From assembly GCA_964582545.1 (NCBI GenBank), contig CAZOSB010000004.1, positions 3,247 to 67,246 of the forward strand: DNA of 64,000 bases, given 5' to 3'. This DNA is from an uncultured Anaerovorax sp. Its GTDB lineage: Bacteria; Bacillota; Clostridia; Peptostreptococcales; Anaerovoracaceae. Below the pieces are notes generated by a model. The model was not told the DNA's origin. It made no database searches and saw only the letters and a program-made list of their open reading frames with translations. A program made the position numbers and the translations under genes. Below are positions 55,929 through 64,000 of the stretch, in pieces (the first letter of the stretch is position 1; each line of letters begins with the position of its first letter).

Positions 55929-56945
55929 CTATTTTCCAAATTCGCAATTTGGATAACTGCATTCAGTACAATTCTGGCAGAGACCACCATGGGCAAACTT
56001 TTTAATATCTGTTCTCGTTACCCTTTCGCCTGCAAGAATTCTAGGAACGATCAGGTCAAATATGCTGACCCTGCTATACATAACACATCCGGGCAACCCC
56101 AGTATAGGTGTTTCCCCTATGTAAGCCAACATAAACATAGCACCGGGTAACACTGGTGCACCGTATGTAACAATGTTTCCTCCCGCCGTTCTGATTCCCG
56201 TAGGTGTCTTATCGTCCGGGTCTACAGACATGCCGCCGGTGACACAAATCATATCAACCCCATCCTCTACCAACTTTTTAATATAATCTGCAATCATATG
56301 CTCATCATCATCGGCAACTAGTTGTGTTACAACGGTGCAACCCAAATCACTGAACTTCTTTTGCAGAATCGGTCCAAAGGAATCTTTAATTTTTCCGGTA
56401 TAGATCTCACTTCCGGTTGTTACCATGCCAACTTTAAAGGATTTTAATGGAACAATCTCAACCATAGGTCGATTTTGCAGAAGCCGCTCCGCTCCCTCTA
56501 CAAGATTTTGACTTACAAATAAGGGTATGACTCTAGTTGCTGCAACCTTTTTCCCTGGCTTTACGATTTGATTTTCATGGATGGAAGCAAACATAATTTC
56601 ATCCTGATCTATCAATTGATTTAGCATGGCAGTATTTATCTTCAACAATCCATCCTCATCCGCAATTAGTTCTATTTTACCTTCCCTGGGAGCCGTAAGG
56701 CGGATTCCTTTCCCTGCCGCCGCCTCTGCAATCCGAGTTGCGGCTTCGTCCTCATGGATATCAGTTTCTTCTTTATCCACCACATAAATATTCCTTTTAC
56801 CCATGCTGAGCAAAACATCCACATCATCTTTTGTTATAATATGTCCTTTTTTAAAACGGCTACCCTTAAACACTCCGGGAATAATCTGAGTCATATCATG
56901 TACTAAAACTTTACCGATTGCCTCATCTACTGAAACTTCTTTCAT
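55929..56945 (-). CDS. Molybdopterin-binding (MoCF-biosynthesis domain) protein
   Basis: 338 aa with a MoeA/MogA-type MPT-binding domain (VTTGSE, VTGGMSVDPDD) and a C-terminal Cys cluster (CQNCTECSYPNC). Confidence 0.65.
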   Translation of the reverse strand: MKEVSVDEAIGKVLVHDMTQIIPGVFKGSRFKKGHIITKDDVDVLLSMGKRNIYVVDKEETDIHEDEAATRIAEAAAGKGIRLTAPREGKIELIADEDGLLKINTAMLNQLIDQDEIMFASIHENQIVKPGKKVAATRVIPLFVSQNLVEGAERLLQNRPMVEIVPLKSFKVGMVTTGSEIYTGKIKDSFGPILQKKFSDLGCTVVTQLVADDDEHMIADYIKKLVEDGVDMICVTGGMSVDPDDKTPTGIRTAGGNIVTYGAPVLPGAMFMLAYIGETPILGLPGCVMYSRVSIFDLIVPRILAGERVTRTDIKKFAHGGLCQNCTECSYPNCEFGK

Positions 56946-56993
56946 AGTATGCTCCTTTCACCTGCTTCTTTCAACTTAATATTATATTTTGCC

Positions 56994-57815
56994 TTATCTT
57001 TCTCCATGACCTGCACGAACCTTTATCATTTCTCCGGCTATACTTATGGCTATCTCTTCAGGAGTTTCTGCAAAGATATTCATCCCAATAGGGGAGTATA
57101 CTTTCGCCAGTTCCTCTTGACTAAATCCATCCTCCTGAAGCATCCGATATACCTCGGTCACCTTTTTCTTGCTTCCAATCATCCCTACATAAGCAGCGGG
57201 GCTTTTCAGTGCTTGTTTCAAGACATGGTAGTCACCGCTGTGTCCTCTTGTTAAAATAACAACATAACTGTTCTGATCGGTTTTAATCGTCTGGTAAGCA
57301 TTGGAAAATTTGTCAATCGCCACAACCTCATCTGCCTGCGGAAAATTTTCAATATTTGCGAATTCCGGTCGGTCATCGATCACTTTGGTGGCAAAGTCTA
57401 CATACCGCAGGATTGGCTCAAGGGCCTGTCCAACATGACCTGCTCCAAAAATATAAGCTGTAGCCTTCTCACCAAATTCATCCATAAAGTTTTTGGGATC
57501 GGAGGCATCCACAAATTCGACACTGATATCCGCATCTCCTCCACATCTCATATCAATTCCATCTTGTTCCTCAGGTTTTAACTTGAAATGATAAAGCTTA
57601 CACTCTCTGGTTTTAAAAGCACTGGGTAAAATCTTCTCCACTTCAGCTTCTAGCTTGCCACCGCCTACAGTACCATATCGCTCTCCATTCTGCCTCATAA
57701 TCAACCAGGCACCTTTTTTCCGCGGTGTGGATCCTTTGGTATCAACAACCTTTGCAATGACAAAACTTTCTCCATTTTTGATAAGATTTCTTCCCATTTC
57801 AATTGTCTTATTCAT
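56994..57815 (-). CDS. xdhC: XdhC family molybdenum hydroxylase maturation protein
   Basis: XdhC_CoxI N-domain plus a Rossmann-like C-domain (IFGAGHVG). Confidence 0.8.
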   Translation of the reverse strand: MNKTIEMGRNLIKNGESFVIAKVVDTKGSTPRKKGAWLIMRQNGERYGTVGGGKLEAEVEKILPSAFKTRECKLYHFKLKPEEQDGIDMRCGGDADISVEFVDASDPKNFMDEFGEKATAYIFGAGHVGQALEPILRYVDFATKVIDDRPEFANIENFPQADEVVAIDKFSNAYQTIKTDQNSYVVILTRGHSGDYHVLKQALKSPAAYVGMIGSKKKVTEVYRMLQEDGFSQEELAKVYSPIGMNIFAETPEEIAISIAGEMIKVRAGHGER

Positions 57816-58490
57816 TTAACAAACCTCCTGAACTTCATTTATGATTCTTCCGTTTTTAATGGTGATACATTGGTCCCCAAATAAGTTACTTTCTAATTTG
57901 TCATGGGTAATCAAAATTGTAGGCACTTTGAATTTTTCCTTTAACAAAAAGAATTCTTCATATACAATTTTCTTTGTTTCAACGTCCAGAGCTGAAAAGG
58001 GCTCATCTAGCAACAATAACTTAGGTTGTGTTACGATAGCTCGAGATAAAGCCACCCTCTGCTTTTCTCCACCGGAGATGTTGACGGGATATTTTTTTGC
58101 AAGATGCTCTATTCCAAAAGTTTTCAATATGTAATTACAATAATCAAGAATTTCTTGCTTACGTTGATTGTTTTTATATTCGGGTTTATTTTTCACCCCA
58201 TATGTAATATTATCGTAAACCGTCATGTTTGGAAACAAAGCATAATTTTGAAAGAAATAACCGACATTTCGATTTTTAGTATCCATATCAATCTTTAAGT
58301 TACTGTCAAAAAAAATAATATCATTGAGAAGGATTTGTCCCATATCAGGTTTTTTTAATCCTGCAATGCAGTTCAGAATCGTAGTTTTACCTGATCCTGA
58401 TTCACCTTCAATGACAAGAACACCTTTTTCAAATTCACATTCTATGTCAATATCAAAATAATCCATTTTTTTCTTAATTTTAAAATACAT
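57816..58490 (-). CDS. modC: ABC transporter ATP-binding protein (molybdate/tungstate-type)
   Basis: Walker A (GESGSGKTT), signature (ISGGEKQR) and Walker B (LLLDEP). It lies downstream of modA and modB. Confidence 0.75.
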   Translation of the reverse strand: MYFKIKKKMDYFDIDIECEFEKGVLVIEGESGSGKTTILNCIAGLKKPDMGQILLNDIIFFDSNLKIDMDTKNRNVGYFFQNYALFPNMTVYDNITYGVKNKPEYKNNQRKQEILDYCNYILKTFGIEHLAKKYPVNISGGEKQRVALSRAIVTQPKLLLLDEPFSALDVETKKIVYEEFFLLKEKFKVPTILITHDKLESNLFGDQCITIKNGRIINEVQEVC

Positions 58491-58511
58491 ATTTTCAATT
58501 CCTCAATCCGG

Positions 58512-59174
58512 CTAACCCATGTAATGTTTCTTTTTTAGCCACAAATTTAAACCAAAAATTAGGATGAAGCTAAACAATGTCATAATTAATACTAAGGAAT
58601 TTGCCAGTTCAATCTTACCTGATTCAACGGCATAATAAATTGCAGTTGGAATGGTCTGAGTCTTCCCCGGAATGTTGCCGGCAATCATGAGGGTGGCACC
58701 AAATTCTCCCATAGCTCGAGCAAACGCCAACACTGTACCACTGATAATCCCCGGCCATGAAAGTGGAATTACAATTGTAAAAAAAACTTTCAACTCGCTA
58801 CTGCCCAAGGTTCTTCCTGCTTGCTCATATATGGGATCCAGATTGATAAATGCAGCCTTTACATTCTGATACATCAGAGGAAGGGATACAATACAGGCTG
58901 CTACCGCTGCTCCCATCCAAGTAAATACAATCTGAAAATCGAAGTAATCTATAAAAAAGGAACCGATTAGACCTCTCTTCCCGAGAGCAATCAAAAGAAA
59001 ATACCCAGTTACAGATGGAGGTAATATCATTGGCAATATTAGTAACGTTTCCAAAAAACTCTTTCCCCGAATATGTTTTTTATTGATGATGTAAGCGAAA
59101 AAAATTCCCAGGGTAAAGGAAAAAATTGTTGCAATAAGTGCAATTTTAAGGGAAAGAATAATGGGTGACCACAT
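58512..59174 (-). CDS. modB: Molybdate ABC transporter permease
   Basis: BPD_transp_1 EAA-like loop (ARAMGEFGATLMIAGNIPGKTQT). The start was moved to ATG 59174, after AAAGGAGA. Confidence 0.8.
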   Translation of the reverse strand: MWSPIILSLKIALIATIFSFTLGIFFAYIINKKHIRGKSFLETLLILPMILPPSVTGYFLLIALGKRGLIGSFFIDYFDFQIVFTWMGAAVAACIVSLPLMYQNVKAAFINLDPIYEQAGRTLGSSELKVFFTIVIPLSWPGIISGTVLAFARAMGEFGATLMIAGNIPGKTQTIPTAIYYAVESGKIELANSLVLIMTLFSFILIFGLNLWLKKKHYMG

Positions 59175-59239
59175 ATAATATGTCTCCTTTATAACGGTTT
59201 TTATCATAATTTATCTTCGTTATTTAATCTGCGTTTTGT

Positions 59240-60046
59240 TCAATATGTATTGTCATTAACAAATGTTTTAAACCCATATTTTTCAAATATTCTGTCGCTG
59301 TAATCACTTAATAAAAATTCAAGGAAATCCCCTGCAGGCACCTGTTGTCCGGAGCCTCGCATCAGTGCTACTTGATATATAATTGGGCTGTGACTATCTT
59401 CAGGCATATCACAGATAATCCTACCGGTTTTCATGACCATGGCATCCGTTTGATATACCAATCCACAGTCCACATTACCCGTTTCAACGTATTCAAGCAC
59501 TTGTTTGACGTCCTTTCCAAATACCAATTTCTCCTGGATTCTATTCCAGACTCCCTGATTCTCAAGGGACTGCCGGGCATATTTGCCGGAAGGAACATTC
59601 TCAGGTGTTCCTATAGAGAGACTTCCAACTTCTGACTCTGTTAAGGATTCAAGACCTGTAATGGTTTTAGACTTTTCCTTTGAAGCGATAAGGCTTAAAG
59701 TATTTCCAACTAAATCTTTACGACTACTTGCAACAATGTACCCTGTCTCTTCCAATAGGTCCATATTTTCTTCTGATGCAGATATATACAAATCGCAGGG
59801 AGCCTCTTGCTGAATTTGCTTTTGCAGCGTTCCAGATGCCCCAAAATTAAACAATATACGGATGTTGTGATTTTTATTATATTCCCATTGAATTTCTGTC
59901 AGTGCTTCTGTTAAGCTTGTTGCCGCAAACACAGTAATCTCTGTGACCTTACCTTGTGATTTCTCATCTAAATTACCAGTGCAGCCTTCAAATGTAATCG
60001 TTATAAATAATAACAACACCGCTATGAAAATCTTGCTTTTTGCCAT
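59240..60046 (-). CDS. modA: Molybdate ABC transporter substrate-binding lipoprotein
   Basis: Lipobox (FEGC) and a ModA-like pattern (FAATSL, ASGTL, SAS). Confidence 0.8.
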   Translation of the reverse strand: MAKSKIFIAVLLLFITITFEGCTGNLDEKSQGKVTEITVFAATSLTEALTEIQWEYNKNHNIRILFNFGASGTLQKQIQQEAPCDLYISASEENMDLLEETGYIVASSRKDLVGNTLSLIASKEKSKTITGLESLTESEVGSLSIGTPENVPSGKYARQSLENQGVWNRIQEKLVFGKDVKQVLEYVETGNVDCGLVYQTDAMVMKTGRIICDMPEDSHSPIIYQVALMRGSGQQVPAGDFLEFLLSDYSDRIFEKYGFKTFVNDNTY

Positions 60047-60152
60047 TTTCTTTGACCAAACCTTCTATCTAAATTGCTAATAAGAAATTTTTATATTATT
60101 AATTGTACCATTTAGTCTTTCAAATTTATTATCTAAGAATATGATAACATAA

Positions 60153-60188
60153 GAAATAAAAAAAATATGTTGTCATAACAACATATTT
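60153..60188 (-). terminator. Rho-independent terminator of the Crp/Fnr-family gene
   Basis: Perfect 11-bp palindrome AAATATGTTGT-CATA-ACAACATATTT (60163-60188), followed on the minus strand by UUUUUUAU. Confidence 0.6.
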
Positions 60189-60263
60189 ATATAAGATTTC
60201 CGGTATTATCCAAACTTCATAAAATCATTGGCTTTACTTTAAATTCTTTTGGTTTTATCCATA

Positions 60264-60932
60264 TTATTTATCGCTATGAATTGTAAACACGTCCTTGCGA
60301 AAGGAAATCAAGCCCTCCTGTTGCATCCGGCTAAGCTCGTGTGATAGGGCACTGCGATTCACGCATAGATAATCTGCCAGTTGCTCCCGATTAAGCCCCA
60401 GTTTAAATGTGTTGTTTCCCGCTTTTTTCATTCTCAGATATAAATGTACTAAAATTTTATTTCTTAAAGACTTCTGTGATAGTGCTTCTATCTTATATAG
60501 TTTTTTAACATTGTCATTTGCGATTAAGTTTACGATATTTCTGATAGCTTTCATACGATATTCAACGGGAATGGGCATCGCACTCCATATTTTCTCATAA
60601 TTGAAAAAGACTACAGAAGAATCCTCTAAACAGGCGATAGTTATAGGACTTATTTGAGAGGGAGTTCCGGCAATCTCCATACCAAAGGTTCTGTATTTTC
60701 CAATGATCTCCAATAGATGTAACTTGCCCGTGTACTCAAGTTTTGCTTTCACTAATTTTCCACTGCAAACAATGCCGATAAAATTTAGCTTTTCCCCTTC
60801 GTTGATTACCGTTTGATTTTTGGAATACATCTTACACTCAGGCTCAATATTAGAGCAAAACTCCTTGCATTCTAAATTTGTAAATCCCTCAAATAGTTTT
60901 GATTCCATAATTTGCGGCAAGTTGTAATTCAT
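60264..60932 (-). CDS. Crp/Fnr family transcriptional regulator
   Basis: cNMP-binding-like beta-barrel plus a C-terminal HTH (REQLADYLCVNRSALSHELSRM). The start was moved to ATG 60932 (MNYNLPQ). The longer track ORF lacks support. Confidence 0.8.
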   Translation of the reverse strand: MNYNLPQIMESKLFEGFTNLECKEFCSNIEPECKMYSKNQTVINEGEKLNFIGIVCSGKLVKAKLEYTGKLHLLEIIGKYRTFGMEIAGTPSQISPITIACLEDSSVVFFNYEKIWSAMPIPVEYRMKAIRNIVNLIANDNVKKLYKIEALSQKSLRNKILVHLYLRMKKAGNNTFKLGLNREQLADYLCVNRSALSHELSRMQQEGLISFRKDVFTIHSDK

Positions 60933-61041
60933 ACTCCTACTCTTCCTTTTCCTACATGGGGCATCCGGCTCAGTAAATAACGGTATACGCCTAAAAAAAT
61001 CAAAGCCCATCGAATACAAAATTCAACAGGCTCTAATATTG

Positions 61042-61117
61042 TGGTGGAGAATAGGGGGATCGAACCCCTGACCTCTTGACTGCCAGTCAAGCGCGCTCCC
61101 AGCTGCGCCAATTCCCC
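61042..61117 (-). tRNA. tRNA-Ala (anticodon GGC), CCA encoded
   Basis: Hand-folded: GGGGAAU/AUUCUCC acceptor with the G3-U70 Ala identity pair, anticodon loop CUGGCAG and T-loop UUCGAUC. Confidence 0.85.
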
Positions 61118-61380
61118 GTAAAAAATAGTGCGTAAACCAAGCTTACTTAAAGGATTATATCATAGAACATTTCAAATGAAAAGTATTTTTTATTTGAAAA
61201 AATTTATTTGAAAAATTTGTTTATTTAGATGGTTCATTTAGATTATATCTACATGTTATTTTTTATTATTTTTAGAAAATAATATATTTTTTTAATCACC
61301 CATATAACTTTTAATATTAAGATATATCTCACGTTTATACAAATTATCAGGATAAGATAAAACTAAACGAATTAATTCCA

Positions 61381-62787
61381 TCAAATTTTTTCGATTTTTT
61401 CAAATATCATGCCAACGACTCCCAAAAAAATCATAGGGCATAAAAATGAGGTTAGGGTGCCTAAGAACCACGACCAATCGCTTGGTACAACGCGGGAGGT
61501 CCAAATATAAAACCCAAAAACAAAACCAACCAAAGTGGCATAGATTGGTGCATTTCCTTTTATCTTTTTAGAATATACTCCAAAGATAATGCCGCCACAA
61601 GGCGCCGCAAAAAATACGCCACAAAACATATCAATTTTTAACAAAGATATATCCTCGAGAGAAATGGTAATCAAAGCACAAAAGCACCCAAATAGCACCG
61701 TAACCAGTTTACCAAATGCAAGTTGCTCTTTCTCCAATGGATTTGGTTTTATCTTCTCTTTATAATACTCCAGTGTAAATATGTTCATGATTCCCATCAA
61801 ATAGTGGTGAATGGCAGAACCGCCCATGGTAATGATTAAAATGCCAAATATGATTTCCAACCGCGATGAACCATTGTATGGTTCCACCCCTACACTCTGA
61901 CACAGGTATAAGAGCCCTAGAGAAAAGGCGCTGGTTAGCGCTATTGGAATCCAAAGGATAACCCCACCTATAAAAAAAGATTTTTTAACATCTGTGTAGT
62001 TTTTTAATAAGTTTGCTTTTAGGTAAAAAGTAGGATCAAAGATTAATTGACCAAAAAATACAAGTATAGAGATGATAAAAAATCTTACCCCCGACGAATA
62101 GATAAGATTAAGTACATTTGGATTATACCACTCCAAGTTAGGGTTCGTTTGTATTTCCAAAATATTAATTTTTAGTTCTTCAAAATTGACAGATTTAAAA
62201 AGAAAAAAATAAAAAATAGAAAATCCTAGAATAATAATAATTGCCGAAAGGAATTCATTAAAGATGATGCCCTTCATGCCTGTATATATAACGTAAACCA
62301 CCCCTATAATTACTATCAGAAATGAAACCTGCTTATAGGAGCTTCCATACAGTTCCTTTAAAACGAAAGCCACCCCTGACGCTTGTTCAATTAACACGTA
62401 AGCTGACACCAAAATCGCAATGACATAATACATGTTCTTTACACTTTCAGAGTAGCGCTGCCCCATAAATTCAACATAAGTAAAAGCTCTATTTGATTTT
62501 TTAAGTAAGGCTATTAACAGAAAAATAAAGAATAGAAAAGCAAAACATGCCCCTGTTACATAAGCAATTGCCCCAGAGATTCCATATAGAGTCCACGCTT
62601 CTGCTGAACCGATAATGGTTGTCACCCACATCCAAGCCGAAAAGATGCTAGTGGTCAAAAGCCATACTGGTATTTCCCTTCCGCAAAAAATATGTGTCTT
62701 AATGCTAGTATTTTCTTTGGGTTTGCTTTTGTAACCCACGATAGAAAGTAAAATAATATGGAATAACAATACTATATAACCAATCAT
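61381..62787 (-). CDS. Sodium:solute symporter family transporter (divergent)
   Basis: 468-aa polytopic protein with an SSS-like N-terminal pattern. Its ATG overlaps the upstream gene's stop. Confidence 0.65.
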   Translation of the reverse strand: MIGYIVLLFHIILLSIVGYKSKPKENTSIKTHIFCGREIPVWLLTTSIFSAWMWVTTIIGSAEAWTLYGISGAIAYVTGACFAFLFFIFLLIALLKKSNRAFTYVEFMGQRYSESVKNMYYVIAILVSAYVLIEQASGVAFVLKELYGSSYKQVSFLIVIIGVVYVIYTGMKGIIFNEFLSAIIIILGFSIFYFFLFKSVNFEELKINILEIQTNPNLEWYNPNVLNLIYSSGVRFFIISILVFFGQLIFDPTFYLKANLLKNYTDVKKSFFIGGVILWIPIALTSAFSLGLLYLCQSVGVEPYNGSSRLEIIFGILIITMGGSAIHHYLMGIMNIFTLEYYKEKIKPNPLEKEQLAFGKLVTVLFGCFCALITISLEDISLLKIDMFCGVFFAAPCGGIIFGVYSKKIKGNAPIYATLVGFVFGFYIWTSRVVPSDWSWFLGTLTSFLCPMIFLGVVGMIFEKIEKI

Positions 62788-64000
62788 TTTCCATTTCCTT
62801 CCACCGAATTATTTAAGTTAGAGCCTGTGGAACCTCCAATAATAAATTCAAAAAAAGCACCGACGATGAAATTTAGGACTATTCCCACACAGATTGAGGT
62901 ACTCTTAATAGGAATCATTCCCATTGCCATTAGAGACACGTAGAAAAGACCTGCCAGCATGCCCCCTACTACTCCTGCTGTTGTGAATTTCTTGGAAAAC
63001 CAGGCTAAAAAGTATCCCGGCACCAAAATAATGGAGGCCATCCCTACCCCTGTAATCCAAAGGAATAAAATATCATCAATGATGATGGAAAACGCAAAGC
63101 CGATAGCACCTGTAACGATGACAAAGGCTCGGGCCCAAAAAATCAACTCTCTGTCATTTGCCCCTTTGCTGATAAAAGGCTTTACAATGTCGCCGGAAAA
63201 TAAAATACCGGATGCCAATAAGAATGAGTCCGCCGATGACATAATAGCAGCAATTAAACCCAATAAAATAAAAAGTGTATACTTATGCTCAATTAAATCA
63301 AAGATAAAAGTAAATAAAACCAGTTGTGCATCCACTTCACCTCTAAATACTACCCTTTGAAAAACCCCCATGTATACGATTAGCACCAGAGACATTAAGA
63401 TAATTGTAATTGGTATGATAAACCCCCAGATGGCAGTGCGATCAGTTTTGCTGGCATAAATGCGTTCCCAGTTGGATTGATCCCCCATTAAAAAAAAGGC
63501 ACCAAAGGCAATTAAATATGAAATCAATTCTGGAATGGATAAATTGAAGTTAATTAAACTCAAATTATTAGTTAGGTTCGCTTCTTGGTAAAACTCAAAA
63601 ACATTTTTCATACCCCCACTGAACTTTAAGGTAGCATACGCTAAGAACACCAGTGCCCCTGTTTGCATAAGCCCCTGCAAAACATCAGTCATGACTACGC
63701 CCCACAGACCACTTAAAACCGTGTATAGAGTGATGATTAGAAAGATTAAAAGGGTTGCCAGGTTTCTATCAATTCCAAAGAGGAAGGTAATCATGTAGGA
63801 AAGAGCGGTAAACTGCATAGCTACCATGGTGGCGTTCCTGATTAACAATCCTATCGCCACGGGGATTCTAATGATTTCCTGATGATCAGGATATTTTAAA
63901 GCAAAAAATCCAATGATACTACTTACTTTAAGGGATCTAATTTTTTTTATAAAAAAGATAGCAAAAAATAACTCTACCACACCGGAAATAGCAATTACCC
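62784..64000 (-). CDS. Sodium:solute symporter family transporter, N-terminus outside the window
   Basis: The frame stays open from 63980 to the window edge. The track's M at 63980 is a GTG inside the open frame. Confidence 0.65.
   Translation of the reverse strand, partial: VIAISGVVELFFAIFFIKKIRSLKVSSIIGFFALKYPDHQEIIRIPVAIGLLIRNATMVAMQFTALSYMITFLFGIDRNLATLLIFLIITLYTVLSGLWGVVMTDVLQGLMQTGALVFLAYATLKFSGGMKNVFEFYQEANLTNNLSLINFNLSIPELISYLIAFGAFFLMGDQSNWERIYASKTDRTAIWGFIIPITIILMSLVLIVYMGVFQRVVFRGEVDAQLVLFTFIFDLIEHKYTLFILLGLIAAIMSSADSFLLASGILFSGDIVKPFISKGANDRELIFWARAFVIVTGAIGFAFSIIIDDILFLWITGVGMASIILVPGYFLAWFSKKFTTAGVVGGMLAGLFYVSLMAMGMIPIKSTSICVGIVLNFIVGAFFEFIIGGSTGSNLNNSVEGNGK

Noticed and set aside
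60047-60263. Moco riboswitch or ModE-type operator upstream of modA
   Set aside because: The region is extremely AT-rich and has none of the conserved G+C-rich Moco-motif helices. The 11-bp palindrome at 60163-60188 is followed by a U run on the minus strand and is better read as the terminator of the Crp/Fnr gene.
40180-61041. A 21-kb genomic island bounded by the two tRNA genes
   Set aside because: I saw no integrase, no direct repeats of the tRNA 3' ends and no obvious compositional break. The content is a coherent metabolic locus.
61188-61243. Degenerate tandem repeats of about 14 bp (TTTATTTGAAAAAA-like, about four copies) upstream of tRNA-Ala
   Set aside because: They are low-complexity A/T sequence, plausibly an UP-element-like region of the tRNA promoter. 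Nothing indicates a separate function.

Overview
This window looks like chromosome from a low-GC Firmicute, probably Clostridia-like. That guess rests on gene content: GerMN lipoprotein, cdaA-cdaR-glmM-glmS, a sigma-54 activator and YqeB/YqeC selenium markers. Most of the 64 kb is tightly packed housekeeping and metabolic genes, mainly on the minus strand.

Four regions stand out:
1. Positions 1-7832 hold an accessory siphovirus-type tail gene cluster with no head genes. It has its own XRE/ImmA-like switch and a sigma-region-4-like regulator. It could be an F-type tailocin or a domesticated prophage remnant. Its first gene (1-2258, minus strand) runs off the window and is missing from the supplied ORF track.
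2. Positions 27693-27893 hold a roughly 190-nt structured RNA between hpf (raiA) and comFC. The position fits the raiA-motif ncRNA class.
3. Positions 34179-39332 hold a sigma-54 activator with a perfectly spaced -24/-12 promoter upstream of a tiny ORF plus an NhaC-family transporter. Divergent PurC-like and DapB-like paralogs sit next to it.
4. Positions 42599-60046 hold a selenium-dependent molybdenum hydroxylase locus: three-subunit XDH-family enzyme, YqeB, YqeC, XdhC, MocA-like and modABC. An orphan KdpD/KdpE-like two-component system is embedded in it. Two neighbouring promoters share a duplicated upstream module of about 75-95 bp.

Other features are a preQ1-I riboswitch before a yhhQ-like transporter, two tRNA genes (one atypical), an unannotated 36-aa Cys-rich membrane peptide gene and several intrinsic terminators.

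The ORF track translates TTG and GTG starts as M and always takes the longest ORF. I moved several starts to internal codons that have Shine-Dalgarno support. All family assignments come from reading motifs in the translations and from memory. No database search was run.
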